Below are positions 55,501 through 64,000 of a stretch of 64,000 nucleotides of DNA, one piece after another. Numbering within the stretch: the stretch's first letter is position 1; each line of letters opens with the position of its first letter. The DNA is from Tubiluchus corallicola (Eukaryota; Animalia; Priapulida): assembly GCA_030141605.1 (NCBI GenBank), contig JAQGDQ010000501.1, positions 1-64,000 of the forward strand. The letters run 5' to 3'. The notes under the pieces are model-generated. The model saw nothing but the letters and a program-made list of their open reading frames with translations. It was not told the origin of the DNA and ran no database searches. A program made the translations under genes and the position numbers.

Positions 55501-57754
55501 AAGTCTGAATAAAATCAAGAATGTCTGTTTCATTTTTCATACTTGTCAAAGATGTCAGATTCTTCAAAGCATTTAAAATGTATGTTTCGCATTCAACTTC
55601 TGATACCTTGTCAGTTTCGTTACATAGAAATGGTAAAACTGTAACATCATATTCAACTAGAAATATTTCTTTTGTAATATTCGTTGCTTGAAGCAAAATC
55701 TTACCGTCTCCAGCTGGAAGAGTTACCGGCGGAAGTATGGGCTCTGTGCTGCTGTATAAAAAATCTCCTTTAGACCCTTTCATTTCAGTCTTTCCTGCAA
55801 AATTTCTGTAATAAAAATCATAGGTGAAGAAGGTGCTGACGAAGCTACTATTGTCGCATTGTAACGAAAATTTTGTTTTCAGTGCTATTCCTTCGCTTGG
55901 AATAACAGAACAGGCAGTTTTGAATGGTGCTGGGTCATAAACAAACACTTCATAAAAGGCCGTTCCTGGAATACTAATAGCAGGACCACCCTTTACTTCT
56001 ATCAGATACACATGTCCTGGAATGAAAACATCTTTTTTCAGGACAATTACATCAGTTCCCTTGCTGACAATGGCAAATGCTGTAATATTTAAGAGAGTGC
56101 TACCATCATTTAGCAAGGATCTTGCTCTTAGAGTCCAATAATAGATACCAGTTGATAAAGTATCGTTATTACAGCTCACACAAACGCTTTGCAGGATTAG
56201 GCTTTCAGCTTTGTTCACACTTCGTCTGCAGTTTTTAAAACAATTTATTTGGATAATTTCGGCTCCTGCTGGTATCACTTTTACTACTTGTTGTTTTATT
56301 TCTGACGGCCGATTAGGCTTTCCCAACTCAAGAGTGAATACTAAAACTGAATCTTGTGGAAAAGTTTTGGCTGAAATTGTAAAAGTTGGTTTATTAAATG
56401 AAAGAGCAGTAGTGTTACGTTCGATGCAGCCAATCCCCGTTGTGAATGAATAGCTAAACAAATCTAGCTCTATATAACAGCTCCACTTATAAGTTAGGTT
56501 AGTGTCGACTCCATTAGTTGCCACACAGGCATCATAAGAAGCTGACGCATCCATTGTTAGATTGTCTTTCCAGCTTATGTTTCTAAGAAATTCTCCAGCA
56601 ATAATAGGTTCTAGCTTACTGGAAATAATAATCCATCCCAATGTGCCGGTAGGCTTATAGCTTCTACTATTCAACCCGCTCTGGTTTAAGGTCAATGTCG
56701 GTGTAAGGCTGACAGTGTATGTACCTGGTGCTAGAGTGCCAGTATTTACTGTGATAAACTTATCAGAATCTGTTTCTAGAGTTGTCTCGTTTGCAAGTTG
56801 ACTTCCTTGCAGACAAGAATCCATATCTGACCCTGGCACCAAACTGAAATGCCAGGCGAGAGACGTGGAATAATTTATGGAACAGTTGGGTACCGTCACA
56901 GAGGATGTCAGATTAAATGCTTCTGCTTCTTTAAATTTAGTTGGGTTATCTTTATAGTAACCAGCATTAATGATAATCACATCTACGTGACACAGCACAA
57001 CATTTACAGTATCCAATGCGCTCCAGATGTTGTTGTGATTCTCAGACAACGAACCCGAAATTTTAATCTTGTGAGAACCTTTCGTGAATCCATAGTCACA
57101 CTGATAAAAGAAACCCCGTATTGATCCATTTAGTAAGTTGCTCACCAACTGCAAGTCAAATTCCTTTGAATAATAATTGTAAATTAAATTTGCAGGGAAA
57201 AAATGCAAATAATTCAATGCGTGTGATTTATCGCGTCCCAAGTTCAAAACAAAAGTTACATCTGAGGACAATTGTTCAGCATATATGATAACACGATAAT
57301 AAGAACGTGTGAAACTTGTATTAAGTTTTTTTGTAACTATAGTTAAGCCTTCAACCTTATTTTGTTTACAATTAATTCCAGTCATTGTACGATTTGGGCA
57401 TCTGTCACCTACGACGTAAACACTCCAATGTGTTTTGCTGCCACATACGTAGTTTTTATTGGGGTTACGTGTTTTACAACGTGCGGCACAATAACTTCCA
57501 TTGTCTGCAAGTGACGTCGCAGTACTGTACTTTCTAGAGCATCCACACGTCTTACTGTTGTCCATTAGGGCATACTTACTGTTGTTTTTGTTGCAATAAT
57601 CAGGACATACATCCATGTAGTAGTGCTTCGTATCAAACGTTATGTCGAAGTCAGCCCATCTTTTATAACATCCCAGGTAAAACGTCACTGTGTTTAGACT
57701 AAGTTTTGGAAGAGAACTGAAACACAGTATCAGTGCAATCCAAAATTTTGCCAT
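49589..57754 (-). CDS. Intronless polycystin-1 family (PKD1-like / REJ-domain) receptor-channel subunit, 2721 aa
   Basis: Uninterrupted ORF containing, in order: signal peptide; WSC domain (YLGCY...C..YC...CGC...VCG...WSVY); REJ region (MDASASYD, LTYKWSC, CSVIPSEGIALKTKFSLQC); GAIN/GPS (CLYWN...WLDGGC...IHCKCYHMTMF); TM1; cytoplasmic PLAT (YLIITFTGLRQGAGTTAKV...IWHDNSG..PNWFL); HLWASVFYRPPRSSFTRVQRLSC; polycystin/TOP domain (YSGGGY, WIDDRTRAL, FNSNTNLF); and C-terminal TMs. Confidence 0.96.
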   Translation of the reverse strand: MAKFWIALILCFSSLPKLSLNTVTFYLGCYKRWADFDITFDTKHYYMDVCPDYCNKNNSKYALMDNSKTCGCSRKYSTATSLADNGSYCAARCKTRNPNKNYVCGSKTHWSVYVVGDRCPNRTMTGINCKQNKVEGLTIVTKKLNTSFTRSYYRVIIYAEQLSSDVTFVLNLGRDKSHALNYLHFFPANLIYNYYSKEFDLQLVSNLLNGSIRGFFYQCDYGFTKGSHKIKISGSLSENHNNIWSALDTVNVVLCHVDVIIINAGYYKDNPTKFKEAEAFNLTSSVTVPNCSINYSTSLAWHFSLVPGSDMDSCLQGSQLANETTLETDSDKFITVNTGTLAPGTYTVSLTPTLTLNQSGLNSRSYKPTGTLGWIIISSKLEPIIAGEFLRNISWKDNLTMDASASYDACVATNGVDTNLTYKWSCYIELDLFSYSFTTGIGCIERNTTALSFNKPTFTISAKTFPQDSVLVFTLELGKPNRPSEIKQQVVKVIPAGAEIIQINCFKNCRRSVNKAESLILQSVCVSCNNDTLSTGIYYWTLRARSLLNDGSTLLNITAFAIVSKGTDVIVLKKDVFIPGHVYLIEVKGGPAISIPGTAFYEVFVYDPAPFKTACSVIPSEGIALKTKFSLQCDNSSFVSTFFTYDFYYRNFAGKTEMKGSKGDFLYSSTEPILPPVTLPAGDGKILLQATNITKEIFLVEYDVTVLPFLCNETDKVSEVECETYILNALKNLTSLTSMKNETDILDFIQTLKVIMEEVSKIRKQNETEDPEFVQKVTEMKSEIQTLVVNQLIQVPVSTHKVMKFLSSMMSQVITSDADLSPEIIVPITAKFHDIATFMKQSTEDINVNDLEDTTSALLLAVSIILGETTKRTSTSNDDKFKQLSKRELQNTFRHKRENITQVKNIILKSIDTIQNASSAILHHKIVYDEPTTFTTNLLMLRVARQKVSHLGGSKLQLNGFGHFQLPSAAALSKMQEHEDELELEILSIKQNIFTPFESTLHSSIPIASLSIGRQLRHSRTEFDELSEPLEFFMDVAADAKYSKSSFVKLENHLSNKYITVHSFVLTAHTTAIMSFQDMPVGVALKVVTKTGKRPVIENFNDGSTVFHIPAINGGYYSRQFADNIVSFYNEQNVSIKYFAGILFDSYYEPSCFHPSLRCKSENVECMAGIYSDCDGSLHEATCKVNASSICSVDNCMQKYACYNDWVENCKNISRYCDSQHRQCLSVLDYKCSKHNVKCSHDCSKSLEIETCLQICTKKHQWCRQSSQFKCETVKSCVRNSDSACIDTLLVETKAQHCRYMMLKCDEQSSGECDTSFVSCNATCYQCLPKCDAEVTQNCVKACKNLRTSCYSMANQVCRQYVIKNNDNCANIPWKTNEEQNEAATPAFQEPDMTYFVFLHTADIKDSGTRARVYLRLHGNRRITNELLLSKRTFKRATVEKFTIESQSIGKLEKITVWHNNQGIGAGWLLEKIVVKDEQLEFTCPCMTWLAGSPLENEKIFSCYVVANLTPTVNPPIQRVDFNLSFYSVKCLYWNISLYNWLDGGCFVGPLTTPSRIHCKCYHMTMFTGAIVVKPNEINPLEDVVLFATFFDNPVIIVFMLVVWLLYLTLLIYARINDQKDTTRVGVTVLEDNNPIDKYPYLIITFTGLRQGAGTTAKVTFLIEGKNGNSLPIKLYHKGRSTFDSGADDWFLMTTHQCLGEITAVEIWHDNSGYDPNWFLKLVILKDVQTNAVWCFPYNNWLAIDRGPQTVKCRLFPAFKHELVRFTHIFAYRALLGFRDGHLWASVFYRPPRSSFTRVQRLSCALSLMLTAMLSNIMFYGIATNKPETQIIVGDIRLSWTQIYVGVASVLITFPINILIIQMFRSAKPYPGNHFKPFSFGWCFRRNRDHTENESLIESDFSRNFEETAKENVVLFGSETDWLKWINNTSHIEIETLNEIQHNIAEARRIIEILPKCVPALDQNRHSTRKSVISLKRNPYIYSTNISRKNRVESNIDIAYKYSDDFSIDSQSTSSTMSTDDHIKSIPFPFSLCTGKDVYGSPVVILPWWFVYIAWLLTISISLICTYLVMLYGLKFGYQKSVEWLLSMLVSVMSSICLTQPAKVLILALVITLIFNHPPEIEPAMAELQLLQVEESNRLQSDWLVKHRIITERRYKYRPPKESEIAVIREKLLQKQNFNKIMSELLLFSFFALVLSTLVFNFRDKSFFWVTKTVKDLAINGAYYQGNTTFAAITDVPGIWDYVSNSLLPSLTPGSLYNGQPVPFVVAADLVTRLIGVVRFRQVRVKPGQCSVISIFEPYGRKCTGEYHWHREDTTSYGPGWSYSRYPSYPPDHWTFQSSLSLWTPAFPGRFHLYSGGGYLVELTHSTAENRAIIESLINSRWIDDRTRALMIELTLFNSNTNLFSIVILIVEFTGLGTVTPFYSISTMDLAKYATFLDVHVMVTEGICLIILIIFICMEVKKFNVIKFEYFRNNWNYVLLTIVILSAVRIVVFYRRTIAVNTLLEKNFKGKQSSFVNFYEVVSWHYLFTITLGTLVISVTIYLWHMLLLNKSMSVYWLTFSLSFRPMLHFWLLVFIFLVPFVLVLTTLLSANIQEDFSTYAKTLQTLLRMIFRSGKFCALETLQWGLGSLFVVIFIFISIVILLCMLRTILMLSHRIAVQRWLNMKNHYDIFYHFYHYITQKMPWLQRKQDAAKILPRRSIFRFTGFPLHDRYSIDESNCC

Positions 57755-57965
57755 TGCAACCTCAAATATTTTGTCATCAGTATTCGATACTGCAGGAGAT
57801 ACTGAATACGAATTGCTTGAGCCAAGAGCATCAAATTATGTGATGTCTAACCTTTCAGAAAAGTGAGTTCGTATCACTTGGCAGGATTAGGAAAATTATA
57901 GAACGCACTGTTGTTACGACGCCGATTGTTTTCTGTGCTTCTATTGTTTTCTAGCAAAGTTTACA

Positions 57966-58310
57966 TCGCATATATTAATTCTACTGGTATATATATATAT
58001 ATATAAGATTCGAGGCTACAGCTCCGACGACGGCACCATTTGCGGCGATCTATACATCAAACGAAAGGTCTCGATCTAGTGTCGTGCCATTGGGGTTTTA
58101 TTTTTCGAATCGGGCCCACCTCGACTTTAATTCAGCAAAAAGCTACAGGCTTTGCGTTAGTTAAACAAACAGTAGGCATGATGTTACGGGCTTTGTGTTA
58201 TAAATGAGGACTAGGTAGGATGTTGATTACACGTGGTTTTTTACGCAAAATCTTTTGCGGGGCCTTTGCTAGTCTATATATTAATATTCTTGGTATATAT
58301 ATATATATAT
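57966..58310 (+). mobile_element. Non-autonomous Helitron-like copy plus head-to-tail start of another copy
   Basis: Near-identical to the 5' and 3' parts of 45977-46792 with the middle deleted. It ends GCAAAATCTTTTGC GGGGCCTTTG CTAG at 58272 and is followed directly by TCTATATATTAATATTCTTGG(TA)n. Confidence 0.7.
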
Positions 58311-60458
58311 CATTTTCCTTGTGGTGGTGAAGTTGTAATTGGACCTCTTAAATAATAATAATATAATAAAATTCTTTATTGCTGTTAAAATTACACATTG
58401 ATGAACTATAAACTACATTCCAAAAATTGATAGTGCAATCAGTGTTTCCACTGCTGTGAGCAATAGTGTTAAAAAATTAATTTACAATTTAAAAACACAA
58501 GTGATGTTATAATTAATTACACTAAAGCTTGAAATACATTTAAGACTTTAAAACTTTACAATACTTACAAATTTAAATTCAAATTAGGTGATTTATGGAT
58601 GTTTTGTGTGTGGTGGGTTTTACTTCGTTGATTTGATGCTAATGCATGGCAGGTTTTAATATGCCACTAACTACAGCTATTGGGTCAACGTTGATAATAC
58701 GTGTTGTTTGTTGTTTTCATATTAGTTATTTTTTGAAGGCTACTATAGTATTTTTCAGTTCATTTTTGATTTTTTTAGAGTCACTGCAGATTTTACATTA
58801 AGTGGGCAAACATTCTATGTATTTATTGCCGTTTTGCAGACTGAATTGTGTCCACATTTATTATTTGTATTTATTTGTTTTATGCTGTGTTTTCTTTGGT
58901 TTAGCGTTTTTTCCATATTAAATGGGAGCTGATTGGCACTGAAAGCTCGCATCAAATCGTTTAAATATTTACAAAGAAAAATTAGTGAATGCAATTGGAA
59001 ATTGGATTCTACAGTGGGCATTTTTTGTTTTTCCCTGTTCGCTGTAGCTGAACATTTTGCACTTGTTGTGAAACAAAGGACGTGTTTTAAAGCGTTATTT
59101 TGGACCAGTTCTAACCTGTTTAAAGAAGCTTTAGATATAGTTGAGAGTAGCCCTAAACGTTCTCGGCAACCTCCTCATCTTGGTGACGTCCATTACTATG
59201 GCCCTACCGGAAAACGTACTCATTACCTGAAGCGGCACTCCCCTCGATTTCTCTTGGCAGAAGTGTTTACTCAGTGAAACTACATCGCCTGTATAAGATC
59301 ATTTAAAGACCATTAATTTACTATCGTCCTATCTGCACAAATAACCAAGAGTTACTACTTAGTAGCACGAACAACTTCAGCGATACTTCTTCGTAGCTCT
59401 AAGTTATAAATATTTGTAAATTTTCAGAAAGATGCTCACAAGCTTATTTTTCCAGACCATCTCCTATTTGCAGTTCTTCGAGTGAAGTTTTAAATGGAAA
59501 TTTTAAAAAAAAATTATAAACTAAGTAACTTTCGTTTAAATTAAAATTAATTTTAATTTTAAATTAAACATGGAAATTGGTTATGGTTATATTAATGGTT
59601 ATTGCAGTATGGTCATGATGCTTATTATACAGGTTCCGTGCTCTGCTCACTCCTAAACATCGGACTTGATTTCTTATTTCAGTAAACTTTTTACCTGTTA
59701 ATTTTGCTTACGTCTGTAAAATGTAAGTGTTACTTTTGTTGCATTGGATACTCTGCGTATGAAATTTTGCAGAAACGCAACAAGAAGTTTTCTCGGAAGG
59801 AAACCTGTTTTGAGCATCCTGGCTGGTGGTAGACCTTTCATTCTTTGCTGATAGCCATTATGTTGCTTTAAACCGGAATTTATACACTAATGCTGGCACT
59901 CATCCTTCTGAAGTCTTGTCGTTTAGCTGTACCATTGGAATAGTTACATTTAAAGTGCTCTTTCCCCATAAATAAATTATTTAATTAAAATCTCTCTTTT
60001 TAGAGCGCTCCCTCCTAGGGTTAGGCTGGATTTAGTTTGTATAATTGGTATGCAAATGGAATACAACTTGAACGCTTAAAAATCGATATTTCCTCAAAAG
60101 TGAAACACCCAAAGAAAATTTTTAGTTTAGTTAATAAATAATTTTGTAAATTGTTAACTCGCTCTTACGTTGCATTTGAAACTCTTGGAGTCACGTTGTG
60201 GTAGGCATTATTCAGCTTCCCTTTATTATGCAAACTCCATTCAAAGTGGGAGCCTTGATTATAAAGAGCGGGGATAGTGTTGCGGATTTGAGCTTCGCCC
60301 TGTTTTGTGTTCAAACTTTCACTTTGATATGAGGCCTGCATGCTATTTCAAAGATACTTTAAAGTAAAACACCCCTCAAGATCACAATGTAATAATCTTA
60401 CCTGCATAAAATTCACAATTCCTACCTTCTGATTGGCTCAAAATAAAATACTTATCTA

Positions 60459-60913
60459 CCGTATTTTCCCGTGTATAAGAGACCCTTTTTTGCTCAGAAT
60501 TTTCACTTTAAAAATAGGGGGTCTCTTATACATGGGAGTAAGTCTTTTCAATAAGATGCATAAATTGTGACACTAATGATTTTAAAGAAATAAGTGCTCT
60601 ACAACTGTTTTGCGTGTCGCGTTCGACTATGAAGCGGTTGTAAGCAATACAAGCATCGTGACACAGGCATTATCTCCTCGTTTTCTCTTTTCCTGTTACA
60701 GGTTTGCAGGTACGCACTTTAATATATACCAGTACTCTTTTTCTACAACACATTAACTGGTTTTATTTTGTTTTCAGTACCGCACTGAGTTGAAAAAAGT
60801 TGTACTCTACCCTCTAAAAATGTCCGTCTGAAAAAACTTTTTTCCAGAATTTTTGCCTAAAAATTGAAGGGGTCTCTTATACACAAGGGTCTCTTATACA
60901 CGGGAAAATACGG
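60459..60913. mobile_element. Tc1/mariner (pogo/Tigger-like) MITE
   Basis: 27-bp terminal inverted repeats CCGTATTTTCCCGTGTATAAGAGACCC, flanked by TA on both sides. The GGGTCTCTTATAC motif is repeated subterminally. No transposase. Confidence 0.9.
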
Positions 60914-61329
60914 TATATTTAAATACTTATCTATTTCACCTGTACAAAGTCTATGAATATAAGCGCTACATTCAGTTTCCTTGAGTTCAGTATTTGCTGG
61001 AGTTTGAGCTCCAAACAGGACAAGCCTGCACCTGTCCTCCCAGGACTTGTCTCCCAACTGTTTCGGCACAAATGTGAGGATTTGGCACCACCACGAGAGT
61101 AGTTTACTCTTTATGTTTTGTTTTTTTTTGTTTGATCAGCTACTCAAGATTCGTCATAAAGTTTTATTCACTGTGAAAATAACAGTTTGCTGATTTCAAG
61201 TTTTACTAACAAAAACAATAGTCATTAACAATAGTCAGTGAAGCATTTTGCTACAGTCTTATGCCACTCTTTCAGAGCTGGTGAATGTGTCTTGGTCGTT
61301 TGGTTTACTAATCTCGTAGGTATTTGTGG

Positions 61330-61560
61330 TATCTTGCAATAGAACAAGGCAAAATTATTCTCTGGAGACTTCCGTGCGTCGAACAGCTAAAGTATCATTT
61401 GGTCAATTTTTCTCAAATCGTGTTGTACAGACCTGGAACTCATTGCCTGCATATGTTGATGGTGCACCCCTCGTAACTGCACAAAATATTAACTTATTTA
61501 AATGCCGCTTACATAAAGTTAACTTGTATAAATTCCTTATACACAATTGACACATGTGAG
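61330..61560 (+). mobile_element. CR1-type LINE 3' fragment
   Basis: GQFFSNRVVQTWNSLPAYV...INLFKCRLHKVNLYKFL is the common CR1 ORF2 terminus. Confidence 0.75.
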
Positions 61561-62541
61561 CAGTTAATCTTTTTGTGTCTTTACCACACTCTTGTAAATA
61601 TTTTATTTGTATGTTTTTTGCCAATGTGTTTTATATTATATTGTTTTTATTGCAGACTAGGGGTCATTACTTCATAGTGAAACACTTGTTGAACGTGTAA
61701 TTTGATATGCGCTTTGGAATTTTATAGCCTGAGACAAGTATAATGATAATGATAAAGATGATGGTAATGATGATGGTTATGATGGCGATAATGATGGTAA
61801 ATAAAACTAAAGAACGCCAAAGGCCTTAATGCAAAAGCCATAACCATTTGGCTTTCTTACATCGATTCGGTTTTCTATTTATTAAGTGATAAATAACAAA
61901 TTTGAGTCAAATTTTGTATTTTATGCCTTCTAGAAAATAAAATTCTCTTCCAAAGAAATTTGCCTATTGCGACATTTTTGTTCATTAAGTGCAACTCTGC
62001 ATAAGGCTATAAAGAACGATTATGTCCTCATTTAACAGATGCCGGTTTACTCTCAGTAAACGATAAAAAAACACTCTTGGGGAATAATTTGCTTCTCATT
62101 AAATCCGTGCTTACCAGCTGGATGAGTTCCTCTATTAATCAATAAATTAATTATTGAGATAATTATCTCTCTTATCAAATCAGGGAGACATCCGATTTAT
62201 CAAATGAATCTAATTCAGTTGATAATTCCATTAATTTATCACCAAATTATCGATTCATAAATTTATTCACGACATAAATAACTTGAACATCGCCATAACG
62301 TTAACTTTCTTTTTTATTAGGAGAAATACTCTAAGTCTTAGTATTTTTGGCAATATATTCATTGATGAATAACTGTGACGGATTTTCTAATGTGTCTGTA
62401 ATGTTAACTTTCTATTTTACTAAGACAAACAGTATATCTCTTGTACAAATAACATGTAAATATTCTAATGTATTTGTCACGTTAACTTCCTGTTTTAATA
62501 AGAAAAAAAAGTAAAAAAAATCTGCAAATTCTACCAACTGT

Positions 62542-62739
62542 TCAATGTAAACAACGCCTGGGACTATTCTTGTATTTCATTTCCAACTCGCACTTAAGGT
62601 GATCGTAAATGAGACGATTTCTGGCGATTTCTTCGTTTCTGGTCTGATGAAACGAGGCATGTGTCTTCAGTCCTAGATGTATGAGGAAAGCGTTGCTGAG
62701 CACAGCGAATCTATAACCTGCCATGTGAAGCTCACACAC
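62542..62739 (-). CDS. B4GAT1: Last exon of beta-1,4-glucuronyltransferase 1-like (glycosyltransferase family 49)
   Basis: Acceptor ctgttgcAG at 62740-62741. VCELHMAGYRFAVLSNAFLIHLGLK...FHQTRNEEIARNRLIYDHLKCELEMKYKNSPRRC closely parallels the B4GAT1 C-terminus as I recall it (CELHVAG..F.VL..GFLVH.G.K...FH......N...Y..F..EL..KYP.SPRRC). Upstream exons were not found in the window. Confidence 0.85.
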   Translation of the reverse strand: MCELHMAGYRFAVLSNAFLIHLGLKTHASFHQTRNEEIARNRLIYDHLKCELEMKYKNSPRRCLH

Positions 62740-64000
62740 CTGCAACAGGGTATCAGTTATGAAGTTTACACAAAGACTGCGAAAGTTAGTTATGAAGTTG
62801 AAATTGAACACTTGTAGAAAACAACTGAACACCATATTACATGTTTGCACAAAAACTGAAACACTTTTATTACACTACATAGATATATGTAACATGACTG
62901 CTAAACTACACACTGAGGACCAGAGTGTCCTGCACTGATCACTAAGAATTAGACAGTGAGTCACATAAGTAGATCGACTGCACGTCACTGAGAGCGTGAC
63001 AGAGAGACAGTGGCTAGAAGTTAAAATCTAGGCAGTTTATATAGGTAGAGAACTATGCAAAAACTTGGCTTCACATATCCCATTACAGTAAAAATAGGGG
63101 AGATCCAGTGAGTTTGCATATTCACTGGACCGAACAATTGTACTAGGGGTGAGTTTAACTAGTAGCATGTTAAAGTGACTAATCAATAGATGGTAGCACC
63201 TAAAATATACAGTTACAACTTTCACAAAGACCATGCAGCTTGAATCGGTATGCAAGCCCTAGTATTCGCTACTGTGCGAAAATTTGCAACTAATAACTAA
63301 TATGCGACTTCGGAACAGGCTTGCCCCATTGTGCCAGGTGTCAAACATTTTAGCTGCACGCTACATTAGGCAACCGGAATATTCAGTAGGGTAGATTCGC
63401 GCTAATAATTTTGCTCTGTGTTAGGATCCGCCTGCCGATTTAAATTTAAGCGCCAGGTTGGCTTCTCACCTGTATTCTGTACTTGCTTTTGACCTAGTTA
63501 GGGAGAGTTGTTATTGAGGTGGAAGTAATGTCGGCTGCTCAGGATGACAGCCCTGGTGTTTTATTTTTGTTAATTTGTGTTTACTGGCAATAAAAATGAA
63601 GTAAAGTCGCAAATGCATCTCCGTTTATTCACCATGTTTTTGTAACCAATTCCAACTCATAACATCTGCGTTATTTAAAATGCTGCAAAAGTGCCAAAAC
63701 ACACTAAATCACCAAGGGGAGTCGAGCAAGTCAGCAGTTGGAAAGCGCACAAGTAAGATTTTTTGGGCATTTTACAAGATGTGGACGCAATAAACGTTTA
63801 TACGTAAAAGGCAACGAAACCAAAGATTGTTTGTTGTTGTTACAAATGACCGAGTTCTCCAATGCCCATTGTAGTGCTGAGAACGAGCAGACTTAATTAC
63901 TAATGCGAAAATATTCTGTGTTATTGCCTACAGCGCCTCTCTCACCCTGGTATATAATGCAACAGTTCTGCAGTATTGTCAGCCACCATCTTTGTTATTA

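Noticed and set aside
49962-57124. Short ORFs overlapping the polycystin CDS
   Set aside because: Antisense or off-frame shadows of a long coding sequence with no independent features.
58640-59960. Degenerate transposon-associated coding relic (DUF4806/CACTA-like) on the minus strand
   Set aside because: Only a vague resemblance across many stops and frameshifts; it cannot be supported without a profile search.

Overview
This is AT-rich, intron-containing animal (invertebrate-like) genomic DNA, not prokaryotic. Most entries in the supplied ORF track are microsatellite or repeat artefacts, and the real genes had to be assembled from GT/GC-AG exons. Main content: (1) a >=630-bp-arm foldback element at the window start, followed by an LRR C-terminal-cap exon. 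(2) A ~45-48-exon plus-strand gene (about 2.8/5.0-40.2 kb) for a predicted secreted protein of roughly 1,970 aa. It has three tandem six-bladed tectonin (tachylectin-1/fish-egg-lectin type) propeller+EGF modules, 24 further single-exon EGF/cbEGF repeats, a Thr-rich linker, a TSP1 domain and a short Cys-rich tail. Its EGF array contains dead exons and two intronic antisense EGF-exon hairpins. (3) A repeat-rich interval with minisatellites, a SAP-domain retroelement relic, a full-length 5S rRNA-headed SINE with an RTE-like body, non-autonomous Helitron-like copies, and an unannotated Tyr/His/Gly-rich exon. (4) An intronless 2,721-aa polycystin-1/REJ-family gene on the minus strand. It carries an unusual Cys-rich + second PLAT insertion in front of its GPS motif, and a ~100-bp LINE-derived hairpin starting right after the stop codon. 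(5) A Tc1/mariner-type MITE and the last exon of a B4GAT1-like glycosyltransferase. All calls come from reading the sequence by eye; no database searches were run.
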